Origin: Balamuthia mandrillaris
Lineage: Eukaryota
Reading direction: 5' to 3'
Assembly (NCBI GenBank): GCA_031835245.2
Contig: JAVKOQ020000006.1
Span: 372,001-436,000 of the forward strand
Length of the DNA stretch: 64,000 nucleotides
Part shown: piece by piece, positions 43,427-55,674 of the stretch
How positions within the stretch are numbered: position 1 is the first letter of the stretch
How the letters are laid out: each line of letters starts with the position of its first letter
Notes under the pieces: generated by a model
What the model saw: the letters and a program-made list of their open reading frames with translations, nothing else
What the model was told of the DNA's origin: nothing
The model's database searches: none
Made by a program: the position numbers and the translations under genes

Positions 43427-45004
43427 TTATAGACGACATTGTTTACCTTTACAGAGGAAGAGTTGATGAAGTTGAGAACGAAGGTCTTGGATCAACCAAG
43501 AAGGAGCGGTCTTGTAGTTGTTATGCATTTGCCAAGGGTCCTCCGTAATGTTATAATACTCAAACTCCAACGGAGCTTTGAAGAACGGATCATTTCTTTT
43601 GTGTTTTTTGAATGGTTAGAGACCGATAGAAAACGAGAGGAAAGAGGGACCTACTTGTCTGTGTATTCAGCATAAAGAAGATCGTGCGTGCTGTTCTTCA
43701 CTCGTAAACCCAACAGAGTATTGTTGCGAATGTCAACAATGTGCCCGAGTCCTTCAGGAGGAAGCTTGGCCTGTTCGGTGTAGGAAGGCGGGCCTCGAAT
43801 GACAGTGTCGTTCGCCCAGTATTCCAGAAGATAAGCTGATCTCCAAAATAACTTGTCCTTCTTTCCTTCTCCTCTCTGTTGCAACAAATCGATAGGATAG
43901 ACGTTTAATCTATGCTTTTTGTAGTTGTTCGCTTCTCTCTGTGCAGATTCTTCTAGTTGTTTACTCCAATGTTGTGCTGATTGTAGCAGTGGAACGAGTG
44001 ATATTCCGTCCATAGTATCTGGCACAGGAGCGCCCACCAATTCCAGCACCGTTGGCGCCAAGTCCACAAGCCCTGCTATAGGTTCTATATGAGTGTTAGG
44101 TGTTATACCAGGTCCTCTCAGGATCATAGGAACGCGAATGTCATGTTCGTAGGCTTGCAGCTTGGAGAGAGGCAACCGAAACTGACCCAACTGGTAGCCA
44201 TGGTCCGAAGTGTAAAGGATGTAGGTGTTGTCCAGTTGATTGTACTTGGAGAGAAGAATAACAATGTCACGAAGAAGGTCGTCGATGGATACGAGAGTTT
44301 GCCAGCGGCGACGAAAGAGCTCATCCGTATAGGGAATGGTGTGTTGGGAGTCCATTTCTTGTTGTTGCCGAACAATCCAGTGATGGTCTACCGCTGTTTT
44401 CTTCACGTTAGTTCATTTTCTCTTCATCTTTGCTGCTTATCCATTATTCTAGCAGAGCGATTTTTGAACATTACCATGAAAGTTGAAGTTGGGAGTACGT
44501 GGAGCGGAGCCATTCGAGAACATTCGTTGATACCAAGGAGCAGGTGTGGCCGGTACATGTGGAGCATGTAACGCTATGTAACTGAAGAACGGTTCCTGTT
44601 TTTCCAACTGAAGAATTCTTTATCAAAATAACGAAAATAGATTTTAAAACAAGAAAAAAGAAGAAGGAATGGACGAAACTCTTTCTTGCATCCAACGAAT
44701 ACTTTGGTTACCGATGATACTTGTCATATAGTCTTGTAACGTTTCGCCTGTTGGAAATACATACATATTCAAAACGCTTTAACATTTCCTCGAGAAAAGA
44801 AAAAGAAAAAGCAAACCAGAAGAGACCATGTTGCCTTGGTCGTTAAACGCATTGTCAAAGTATTTGCTGTCATCGCACATGGTGAACCACCTATCCCATC
44901 CCGGTGGAATGGGGTTCGCTTTGTCGAAGCAGAATGTCTCATAATTATTTAGATATTTTCCAAACATACCTATATTTTAATCAACAATTATTTCATCGGG
45001 GAGA

Positions 45005-45050
<46 letters not shown>

Positions 45051-45596
45051 GAGAGAGCGACGAGGGAACAATAGTTTACCAGTGGCATAGCCAAAGTTGT
45101 GAAGATAATAAGCCACAGTGGAACGTTTGTAGTCTGAGGAAGGCGTGTTGCCACACCATCCATCAGTTGGCTGCCCTGTGTTATGAGGATATCTGCCTAC
45201 AAAATAAAATGGCTAGAATGAGCAATGAAAACAAAAAGAAAGAAAAATGGAAGAAAAAATACCAGAAAGAATAGTGGTGCGAGAAGGACAGCATACAGGA
45301 GTGGTGGCGAAAAAGTTGTCAAAGTTGGTGCCTTGTGCCTGCAACAGGTTGCGAAGGTGAGGCATTGGCTCTAGTCCTCCCAGCATAAGATCTTTTGGTT
45401 GAAAAGGTTACCCAGAGAAGAGGGAGGAGAGGAAGGAAAAAAAAGTCTAGCCTTGGTCATCCGAAACCACAAACACGACGTTGGGCCTGCGCAGAGCGGG
45501 TGGACCCTCCACTTCAAGTCCGCTGACAACCACACAAAAAAGAAGCAGAAGAACAAGCAGAGGAAACAAACGACCACCACACCGAAACGCCTGCAT
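43427..45596 (-). CDS. Formylglycine-dependent sulfatase (N-acetylglucosamine-6-sulfatase-like), secreted/lysosomal; multi-exon
   Basis: Signal peptide; [25 protein letters not shown] (CxPSR), [46 protein letters not shown]. Confidence 0.9.
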
Positions 45597-46005
45597 TATT
45601 GATTCCTTTTTAAAAAAAAAAAAATAAAAAGGCATTACATGTGATGCTGCACGAATGCTGCTCTATTGGTGCTCCATTGCTGCACCGTAAACCTTACGCT
45701 GAACAATTGCAGCACGAAAACTGCAGGTTTTGAGCTGGGGATGGATGAAATTCCACAGAGCTGTGGGCGAAAAAAAAAGCTATCGATAATTTGTGGTAAA
45801 AAGAAAGACAGGAAGGAAAGGGGAAGTACAGGCCCTACTTAACCAAAATGGCAGCTTCTCGACGAAAGCTCGCTTGTTTCCATCCTAAAGAGTGCATTTG
45901 CATAGAAAGACTTTTAAAAATGTATATAAAAGGGGATAGATAAATAAGCTTTCTTTTATTTTATTTTTCTTTTTTGAAGGATACACAGGAAAAAAAAAAA
46001 TACAA

Positions 46006-46500
46006 ATGATGAAGTGCTTCTCCCTCGCTTGCTTGCTTCTTCTCTCCTTGTCCGTCTTTGCCGCCGCCTCCTCTTCTCCTTTGAGGCAGCAACAGCAGAA
46101 ACGAACGGTGAAGCACGGCCCAGTGCTGGAGGACTCCTGGGCTCCGCCCAACAACAACATCGACGACTACGACGATTATTACGATAAGGACGAAAACTTG
46201 GAGGACTATTGCGATAATGGCGCAAAAGACTACGATAAATCGATGCACTACGATATAACGAAAGAGGAAGAAGTTATCGTCGATTATTACGGCGCTGCCG
46301 ATAAATATTACTTTGACGACGATACTTACTACCACAACAAAGACGACGTCGTCAAGCCCTCCTACGAGGACGGCGGCGGTGACCACCAGCACCAGCTCGG
46401 CGGAAGCGACCACCACCACCAAGGAGGAGCAGACTCCTCCTCCTCCTCTTCTTCTTCTCTGTCCCCACCGCTTTGGATGAGTGCTGCTTTGTTGTTATGA
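46006..46500 (+). CDS. Small secreted Asp/Tyr-rich protein, probable GPI-type C-terminus; intronless
   Basis: Hydrophobic signal peptide, DY-rich core, Ser-rich spacer and hydrophobic tail LWMSAALLL. Confidence 0.65.
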   Translation: MMKCFSLACLLLLSLSVFAAASSSPLRQQQQKRTVKHGPVLEDSWAPPNNNIDDYDDYYDKDENLEDYCDNGAKDYDKSMHYDITKEEEVIVDYYGAADKYYFDDDTYYHNKDDVVKPSYEDGGGDHQHQLGGSDHHHQGGADSSSSSSSSLSPPLWMSAALLL

Positions 46501-46586
46501 AATACTATAAAGAAATAAATATAATAATCCTAAACAAACAAATACCATTCTTCTTTAACGAAACGGTTGTTCGTTGTTATGCGGTG

Positions 46587-48538
46587 TTATTTGGTGGACG
46601 TAAGTTGGAAGAGCAGGACGCCGGTTGCCACGCTCACGTTGAGGGAGTCCAGATGCTGACGGGGATGAAGCGGGATGGCTTGGTCGATGTGCAGCAATAC
46701 GTCGCACATTTTTATGACCTGCTTCCTTAGCCCATAGCCCTCGTTTCCTTTTTGTTTTTGTTTTTTATATAAAAATAAAAATAAAAATAAAAATAATAAT
46801 AAAATAATAAAATAATAAAATAATAAAACAAACACAACTCAGAAAAAAACAAATACAATAAACAATAAAATGAAAATAAAAGGAAAAGAAATGGAGAGGG
46901 ATAAACATACCGACAACCAAAATGGAGGGAGCATCCCGGTCAGAGACTTCTTGCAGACTCTTTGCCGCATTTTCGCGTGATTCTTTTGTTTCAGCAGTGT
47001 TAACTTCTCCTTCTTCTTCTGGTTTCTCTGCAGCATCATCGTCATTTGAGAGAGCAGAAGAAGCTCCAAACACTTTCCACCCTCTTTTCTTGCTCTCTGC
47101 CAAGAAGCGAAGGATGTTTCTTGTGCTGTAGAGTTGCATGCTTTCCAGAGCGCCTGCACTGGCTTTGCTCACGTGGGCAGTTAGAGGACTGCTATTCTTT
47201 GCACTTTGTTACAAAGGTTTTGTTTGGTTTGTGGAGATTGTGGTTAAAAGAAGAAGGTCTAGAAGAACAAAGCGAAGCAAAAAAGAAATACCTCAGGATA
47301 ACTCCATCAACGCCAAAGAAGGCTGCTGTGCGAAGGATTGCTCCTACATTCTGTTAAAGAACATCGAACAATGAAGGACAAAGAAAAGAAGAACGAACAA
47401 GTAAAGAATTAGCAGAACAGCCAACAAATACACAGCATTCACAACAACTACATCGAGAGCAACATACATGAGGATCCCAAATCTCAGCCAAGACCAGCCA
47501 CAACGGCTTCCTTTCACGCGACATCCTCCTCTCTTTCTCCTCCTTCTCCTCCTCCGCCTCCAAAAAGGGCACCTCTTTAGCTTTTAGCTTGGACACCTTG
47601 GCAACCACCCCCTGGTGCACATTGTTGGGACCCACTAGCTCCTCCATCCTCCTTCGGTCCACCCTCTCCACTGGAATGCCCAGCTCCTTCTTGGCTGCCG
47701 CCTCCAACCATTGCAACACCGCCTGATGCTTGCTGGTGCCTTTCTTTGCCAACTTGGAGCCTTCCTTGGCTCCTCCTCCTCCTTCTCCTCTTCTGCTTTC
47801 TTCTCCTGCTACTGTTGCTTCCTCTTCTTGTCTTTCTTCTTTGCTTTGTTGTGAGAAAGAAGAAGAAGACGGAGACAAGGGTTTGTCCAGAAGAAACAGT
47901 TTGGAGATGCGACGAAGAGGAAGAGTGGAAGGAGGTGGAGGAGTTCTTGTTGCTGTTGTTTGTGGTTCTGTGCTCACTTGCTGTTGTTGCAGCAGAAGGA
48001 GCGCATTGGAGAAGGCGGCTTCTACGGGTCGCACGCCGTACAAGTACTCTTGGTCCCTGTGCAGCACCTCCTCTGCAGCACTCCTCTTCTGGCCCTTCAA
48101 CATGGGTTCCTTTCTTCTTTCTTCTTGTTCAAATCTTGGCTTCCAGCTTTTGCTGTGGTGAAAGTCGTTTCTTCTGCTACCCTCTCTCTCGTCGTCTTGG
48201 TATGAGTGAGACTTCTCCGCTCGCCACTGGTCCGTTTCCTGTTCTTGGTGGTCGTGGAAGGACCAGATCTGTTTTCGAACGCGTTTCACCTCAGCGGAAC
48301 GAAAGTCGGCAGGACGTCTTCCGCTCCGAAGCTTCCTCTGCTCGCCGTCATCTCTGTCGCGCTGCGGAGGAGGATGGAAGCAACGAGGAGGCGAAGCGAA
48401 GAAGAAAGGGTGGTTGGAGCCAAAAAGCAAAAGTTTTTTTTGCTCCGTGCGTGCGGAAGCACTGGTAGCGCCCCTTGGAGGAAGCCACAGACCCGGACCA
48501 CCGGCGGTCCTGCTCCACCATGCAGCGCTTCGCATCAC
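46587..48538 (-). CDS. MRM1: SpoU/TrmH rRNA methyltransferase, mitochondrial MRM1-like; multi-exon
   Basis: Arg-rich presequence; YLYGVRPVEAA, HQGVVAKV, EIWDPH|NVGAILRTA, SKASAGALE, VGNEGYGLR, LDSLNVSVATGVLL. Confidence 0.85.
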
Positions 48539-49087
48539 TCTTCTTTCTTTTCACTTGCTCAATCTATTCATGACGACATGAAAAACGTTGCAGAATTTCT
48601 GAACAAATACAGCACCCATTGACCTACAAAGGTGCGGCGATCCTTAGCAATTATTAGCACAAACGCAACACAAAAGCTGCTCAGATATTTGTGTCGGCAA
48701 AAAATTCAATGTCGTCATGAATATATTAAGCACATTTACTCGTCTTTCTCCCGTCGTACCCTGTCCATAATAACTGTTGAGGGGACCAAGTACTACGTAG
48801 GGAGAGAGCTGCGGGACCGGGGATATCCGCGAAGCATGAGGTTAGAGCCTGCATCAATCTCACGGAAATGTTGATAAAATAGAATCTCTTAGAGTGTTGT
48901 GGTTTTGTTGGAGGAGTTCTCAAAGATGAAAGCGACGGGAAGAGGGAAAAGGAAGAAGGGCATGTTGAATGAATGAGTAATGTCTTCTATTGGAGAAGAT
49001 AGAAAACGAGAGGAACGGTGAGCATTACAGCAAACTCAAAATAATACAACGCTGCGGGAGAATCCAAATCTACCACGCCGGGTTTTT

Positions 49088-50401
49088 TTAAAACTCCTCC
49101 ACGTCAAACGATAGAGTCTCCACAGCCTCTGTAGCGGAAGCCTTCCTGCAACGAATAAAGTGCTGCTCCAACGTGGCTGGCGTGACCTGCACATACTCGC
49201 ACCCCTTGATTGCATTCTCGTCTGGCTCTTTAGGCTGGCCAAATATCTTCAAACTCTTTTCCACAAAGCGCTGGGCCAGCTGCTTCTCCTCTGGATAAAA
49301 GTGGAGGAACATGTCGCGAACCTGCTCCACAGCGGCCCAACAGAAGGGGATCTTAACGTCCACTCGACCGCATCGAATAAGGGCGGGATCCAATCGTTCC
49401 ACGTGGTTGGTGGTCAGGATGAACAGCTGCCCGTCGATGTTGCTCACTCCATCCAATGCATTCAGCAGTCCACTGAAGGACAACGGGCATGAAGCATCGT
49501 CGTTCTTCTGTCGGGTCTCTCCGAACAAAGCATCCACATCTTCCAAAACAATCAACGCTCTATTAGGAGCAGAGCTCATCGCCTCCATCAAACCTTCATC
49601 GGTTAACTGGGGATGAGAAAGTTGGACCAAGCAAACGTTGCGTTTCCTGGTGGTGGCGATGGCCTGGATGAGAGAGCTCTTGCCTGTACCAGGACGACCA
49701 TACAGCAGGTAAGCCCGTTTGTAGGTGATGCCTTTAGCAGTGTACCAGTCCAATGTCTCTGCGGCGAAGAAGGAATCCAGGTCCTGTTGAACCCTCTGCT
49801 TTACCTTCGCCGGAAGAATGACAGTGTGGAAAGGACGACCCCGCCTGCTACCATTTTGTCTCCAGAACTTTTCGCTAGGACTGTAGCTGTAAACATTGAA
49901 GGTGTTCGCGTCAGAGCTTTCATCCCATTCCTGGACTTCCTTACATAGCTCATCGAGGATTTGACGGTGCTCCATCTTGCGTCCGCGAACAAAGACCACC
50001 ATGTTGTTCATCCGTCCAAGAAGATCCGATTCAAAGCCCCCAGGTTCGCCGATGGCTTGAAGAAGAACGCGCAGAGGAATCTGACGTTTTGTCCACCACA
50101 CCTTGTGGAGTCCCAAGCCCAAAGTGACGCGTGTGACTTTAGGACGGGAACTAGTGTATGCCCAACTGGGTTGCTGTGCTGCTTCTTCTCCTTCCGCTTG
50201 GCCTTCGGCGTGGAGACCGCATTCCTCGAAGAAGTAGGACATAAATGAACGAAACTGGCAATCGCCCCTCACTTCCATGAAACTGCATTCCTCCAAAGGC
50301 CAGTCCAGCGCAAAGTGGCCGGAGCAAATCGTGTCCGGGTCAAAGGGGCATCGATCGTAGGCGACTTTGGGGCTCTGTCTTGAAGAGGATGCTGCTTGCA
50401 T
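49088..50401 (-). CDS. BCS1-like AAA+ ATPase, intronless
   Basis: RPFHTVIL, YKRAYLLYGRPGTGKSS (Walker A), LIVLEDVD (Walker B), LSFSGLLNALDGV, TTNHVERLDPALIRCGRVD. Confidence 0.9.
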   Translation of the reverse strand: MQAASSSRQSPKVAYDRCPFDPDTICSGHFALDWPLEECSFMEVRGDCQFRSFMSYFFEECGLHAEGQAEGEEAAQQPSWAYTSSRPKVTRVTLGLGLHKVWWTKRQIPLRVLLQAIGEPGGFESDLLGRMNNMVVFVRGRKMEHRQILDELCKEVQEWDESSDANTFNVYSYSPSEKFWRQNGSRRGRPFHTVILPAKVKQRVQQDLDSFFAAETLDWYTAKGITYKRAYLLYGRPGTGKSSLIQAIATTRKRNVCLVQLSHPQLTDEGLMEAMSSAPNRALIVLEDVDALFGETRQKNDDASCPLSFSGLLNALDGVSNIDGQLFILTTNHVERLDPALIRCGRVDVKIPFCWAAVEQVRDMFLHFYPEEKQLAQRFVEKSLKIFGQPKEPDENAIKGCEYVQVTPATLEQHFIRCRKASATEAVETLSFDVEEF

Positions 50402-50841
50402 TGTGTGGTTGTTGTTGTGCTTGGGGAATGATCATTCACCAGTCCGCATTTATATTTTGTAACATCCTTGTTGACTGCGAAGGTTCTTTTAAAGAAAACT
50501 CCCAATAACATTCTCACGTTCTTGCTTTATTCCCTGTCCTTTTCGTAGAGTTGCACTTTCGGTTAAACTTTGTTAAATTAATTTTCTTTGTAGTCACACG
50601 TGGAAATTATCTATAATGATGGGACCCAAGTGGTCTCCGTGCTTCCCGCCCATGGCCCTGAAGGACCACTCCTCGACATCTCAAGAGAAAAGTTCTCGTT
50701 CTCTTTGTCCAAAGTTAATCTCAAGGGTTGGAGTGTTATTAATGGCTCAAAAAGGAGCCGAGCGTGGCAGGAGGGAAAGAAGTCAAGCAAGCTTTGGCAG
50801 CTCGTAGAAACAAAGCGGTTCTTCTTTTTTGATCTTCTATG

Positions 50842-53706
50842 TTAGAAAAAGAAAAACTTTTTGGTCTTTTTCTTTCGAGGAGCGGCTGACAGGTCCAGTG
50901 TCGGACTGCTGGTACTGCCGTTGGGCTCGTCTTCTTCCAACTTTCTTGTCAGTATTTGCGTTACAAATGCCTGGACGGCTTCTCTGACGTTCGTGTTTTC
51001 CTTTGCGCTTGTCTCAAAAAACTCCATTGCACTATCCTCTGCCAATTCCTAAGAAAATTAAAGAAAATAAGCATTGCAAAATCATCAAGACATTGTGCTT
51101 ACTCTGGCTTGCTGCGGATGGACTCTATGTAGGTCCGGAGGCAAGTCCACTTTTGTGGCCAACATCATCTTAAACAGGTTATCTCGAGCGTACCGATCCA
51201 CTTCACAACTCCAATTACTGAAATTACGTCAAACGGAAGAAGAAGAAGAAGAAGAAGAACAAGGAGAAGAAGAAGAAGAAGAAGAAGAAGAAGAAGAAGA
51301 ACAAGAAGAAGAACAAGAACAACAAGAAGAAGAACAAGAAGCACAAGAACAAGAACAAGAATATCAATAAGAAGAAAGAAAAGAGACATGAGGTGAAGAA
51401 AGAACAATAACCAAAATTCAGAAAACATACGGTATGTTGTCGAAGCTCTCCGGTAGAGACACGTCATAACACAAAATGGCACCACAAGCGCCACGAAACA
51501 CCCCGGCATTGTTGTTATTCCACCATCTGCCCCGCATGTCTTGTTCCCACTAAAAAAAACAAACAAATAAACAAACAACACAACAACAAAAGACAACAAC
51601 GCACAACAGAAACAAGGGTAATAAGCATGAGAACAAGAACCAGAAGCGAAAGAGAGATAAAGATGTCTCTTCATATACGTACAATTTGCACTTTCACTTT
51701 TAAGTTATTTACATCAAGTATCACCGCTTTCTACAGATAACAAGTTTAAAAGCTTGAAGCAAACAACTTTCCGACTAGAGAAAAAAATGAAAAGAGGCGG
51801 CACCCATCAGGTACGTACAAAGTAATCGCTCCAAGGTATGTACGAGTCAGTATAGGTGTCTTCCTACAAACAGAAACGAGCAACGGAAGAGAGAGAGAGA
51901 GAGAGAGAGTTCATTAAGAAACAGAAATATATGAAGAGCATTAACGTTGTATACGTACTACTATCCTTTGAGTTATAGATGTCTTTCAACCAAACCGTTA
52001 GAAAACATGAATGCGAACAAACAAACAAAAAACGCACAACAACACATAAACAGGAAAAAGACTCGTGTACTTTGCCAACGCCAACATCACCCAAAATGAT
52101 TAGCTTCATCAAATAGTGAAATCCCTTGGTCGCAAAATCTGTTTTGATTGCATAGGCTCGTCGCAAAAGGTATCTTTCTGCCTTTTCCCGTTGGCGTTGC
52201 TCCTGTAGCTCTCGGAGGTGCTTGCAATGATCCAAGTATGCTTGCCTCCAATCGCTGTCGTTGTTGCTATCTTGTTCCTTCAACTTTGATGGAGTTACTA
52301 AAGCAAGAAATGGTTCCCAGAGTCTAGAGACAGAGAGAGAGAGAGAAGTGTTTGCCATTTAATAAATTAGGATGAGTAAAGATGGAATGAAAGAAGAAAG
52401 ACGAGGAGACGGACATGGGTTCGCTGCCAATGCGACGAAAGTGCTTGCAAACTTGGGTTGTGTGAAGGAGATCTTTGACGTCGGTGAGAAACTTGAAACA
52501 GTGCAGCAGTACTTCATCCGGCAATCGACGTATTGTCAAAAAACCTACAAAAGGGAGGAATTGGGATGAGAAAAATCCATCAGCGGAGATAGAGAGAGAG
52601 AGAGAGAAGAGTTTATACAAAATATGAGAGAAGAGAGAAAAGTGAAACGCAGTTGAGGAAGAGAAGAAACCAAACTGTCAATAAAGTCGGCGATTGGGAA
52701 GTGTCGGCATTCTCGAGCAATGTCAGAGGCGGAGCCGTTGTTGCCGACAGCGCTGACATCAGCTCCATTGGCGACCAGCAGGCGCACCACTTCCGCATGT
52801 CCGTTGCGAACTGCATAGTGCAGGCAAGTCTCTCCTGTTCTTTGTTGCTGTATTATGAGTTGACAGTAAAAGCGAGAAAGAGATAGCAAGAGAGAGAGAG
52901 AGAGAGAGAGAGCAAGAGAGAGAGCGAGAGAGAGAGAGAGAGAGAGAAGCAGCCCTAAAACAAACATAAAAACCACAACTGAAAAAGACTTACTTGTTGA
53001 AGAGAACCATGCTGGCACCCGCTTCCAACAAAAGAGAAGCGGAACGCCGATCTCCCTTCCAACAGGCCAGATGCAACGCCGTCTCCTGGTTCACATTCAG
53101 CGCGTTGACATCCGCTCCTCCCTCTCTCATGACGGTGAGGACTCGTCTCAGCAACGCCTTTTGCTCTTTGGGATAGCTGCGTTTCATGAGGTAATGCAAG
53201 GCGGAGTTGGCGTCCCCGAAGGTGGCCAGATGGGCTGCCGCTTGGCCTTCCTCCAACAGCATGAGGCAGGTGCGGAGGTGGCCCTGGCTGGCGGCAGCGT
53301 GCAAAGCCGTCCATCCTGCCACGTCTTGATGGTCCACAAGCTTGGGCACCTCGCTCTCCTCGTCTCTGTCATTCTTTTCCTTCTTGAGGTCGTCGCGAAG
53401 GGACAACAAGAAGCGCACCACCTTGCGTTGGTCTTCCGTGGCGGCCAGGTGAAGCAGGCCTCGTCCTTCCGTGGGATCGCTGTGCAGCAACAAGTGTTCT
53501 AGCGGCGAGAGAAGAAGGGGAGCCAGGGCAGACGAGGAAGGCGCGGCGTTCGCGTTGTCATGGTTGTGTAACTTGATGACCTTGCGGCTGGCTTTCTTGC
53601 GTTCCACCAACCGCTTCAACTCGTGCAAGCGTTCGTTGCGGCAAAGAGAAAGGACGTCTTCCACGGCGGAGGAGGAACGGGACTGCCCAAGCCCTCCTTT
53701 CTTCAT
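50842..53706 (-). CDS. Ankyrin repeat + F-box + Rab-like small GTPase fusion protein; multi-exon
   Basis: Ankyrins (GWTALHAAASQGH, ETALHLACWKG, GETCLHYAVRNGH) splice in frame (GAC A|GT TTT TTG) into F-box LPDEVLLHCFKFL, then KLIILGDVGVGK, AILCYDV, ATKVD, FFETSAK. Confidence 0.8.
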
Positions 53707-53871
53707 TGCTTGTTCGTTTTGCTTTGGTGCGAGTTACTTGGGAAACAAAGGGAGATTAATTTAAGGCGAAATTGTCCAATGCAATGATCTGGTTTTTCGT
53801 GCGCACCTGGTAGACTAATTTGTGCCACGTCAGATTCAGTGGCTTTGCAATGAGGGGGGGAGAAGGAGAGA

Positions 53872-53920
<49 letters not shown>

Positions 53921-54014
53921 TGTTGCTTGAACTTGCGGCCGGGTAATGAAAAACTAGAAAAGAAAGAGACAAAGCCGCAGAGAAGACTCAAGATATGAAA
54001 TAAAAATGGATTGT

Positions 54015-55331
54015 TCATTCAACCAAACTGAGGTGCTCTTGTTCGTTATCGGGTTCCATCCGAGGGTCTTGCTGCAAGATTCTTCTCTTCATGGCCGCAT
54101 AGCGCACCTCAAACACCTTCTTCCCAAACTCATACAGCTCCAGGTCCAACTCGCTCATCCTTCTGACTTGTCTTAATTGGAAATTGCTCAAATCGGAGAC
54201 ATGAATGTCTGTCGTCTTCTTGGACTTGTTGGTCTCCTTTCCCACCAAGGTACTGGGGAACCGCCGTCCGAGCTTGAACTCCATCATGCGAATGGAGTCC
54301 TCATATCGTTCCACCAGGCCCAACAGCTCTATTCCTCCTTTTTCCATGGAGGCTGTCAACCGGGCTTTGGCTTTTTGCAAGTCCTCTCGGGTGAGCTTTG
54401 GTTGAGCAAACTCCCCTCCCTTCTTGCCCCAGAAGCGAGCCAGTTGGCTGGTGGCTGGGTTGATGCAGGACCATGGTCCAAAATGTTGTTGTTTCTCCTT
54501 AGCAGAGATGAACTGGTCGAATGTTTTGCTATGGAGTCGAAGCAGCACAGGAAAATATAAACATAGTTAAAACACAGAACGCCAGGGAGAGAAGAAGATA
54601 AGAACTGAAGAGAGCCAAAGAAAAAAGATAGAAAGGGAGAGAGACCAACTTTTCAAACTTCACCGGATTCACCCTCTTGGCGTAATTGTATTGGGAGACG
54701 GTTCTGCTGACAGGGTCTCGCAAGAAGGTGATGTAGGCCCCTGGCTTTTCCACCTTCCAATCCTCTTCCTCCGCTATGCCGATTCCTGTCATTGTGTTTT
54801 TTGAACAATGGAGTTAAAAAAAAAGGAGTTAATGTTAAACAAGCCGAAGAGAAGAGGAAGAGAGAGATTGAATGTACCAAAGTGACCGTAAAGGCCGCAA
54901 AAGGAGTTTTGTTTTTCGGCACTCCAACCCAGAAAGTCAAAGCGCTGGTTGTTATGCACCACGCCCCCTCTCCCATCACAGAGGTGCCAAAGCAATTGTT
55001 TGAAAGAGGAGCCGGCTGTCTTGGGGATGTGGATGAAAAGCAGAAACGGGAGTTCTTCCGAAGACGTCCACGTGGAGCCGGCCCATTCTTCTGCAAGCTC
55101 TTCCACACTTGGTTCTTCTTCATCCCAAACGAATTGATTGCTTTTGAGATTCTTTTCGCTAGGTGGAGAACAACTGGTTGTTGTCGGCAAGGAAAAAGGT
55201 GGAGACGAGACAAGGGTATAGGAGTAAGAAGCAGGAGGAAAGTTCGTCGTATTGGCCCGTAAAAAAACGAGAAGGGGACCCGCACAACTGAGAATGAGAG
55301 CCACAAGGACAATCCTTGAAGGTCGCGCCAT
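54015..55331 (-). CDS. Membrane-anchored PAPS-dependent sulfotransferase, tandem copy 1; 3 exons
   Basis: N-terminal signal-anchor; 5'-PSB FIHIPKTAGSS, 3'-PB YITFLRDPVSRTVSQYNY, GLVERYEDS, LDLELYEF. Confidence 0.85.
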
Positions 55332-55605
55332 ACTTCAAAAAATGTGACCCGTTTTGTTCGCTATTTTCAACAAAAAACAAACAGGGGGAATAATAACAAT
55401 GGCTGGAGTTGTTAACAACAAAAGGAAAAACAAGATAGTTATTGCTGGACTGTTGTTCGCCAACAGGAGACCAGAAAGCGCTCCCTCCTAGGAGGGAATT
55501 AACTAATTCATTATAAGCTCGTTGGTTCATTCATTTGTTGTAAAGCGTTTTGTTTCACCGCACGAGTAAGAAGAGAGGAGAGGAGGTGTGAGGAGCCGGA
55601 GAGAA

Positions 55606-55646
<41 letters not shown>

Positions 55647-55674
55647 CCAATAAAAGAGATGCAGGGAAAGTGGT

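Noticed and set aside
48620..49000. Short ORFs and a GC-richer patch between MRM1 and the BCS1-like gene
   Set aside because: No recognisable protein or RNA motif; likely promoter/UTR.
50600..50845. Possible small ORF or C/D-box snoRNA (ATGATG...CTGA)
   Set aside because: Boxes are short enough to occur by chance, with no terminal stem or identifiable guide; an Rfam search would be needed.
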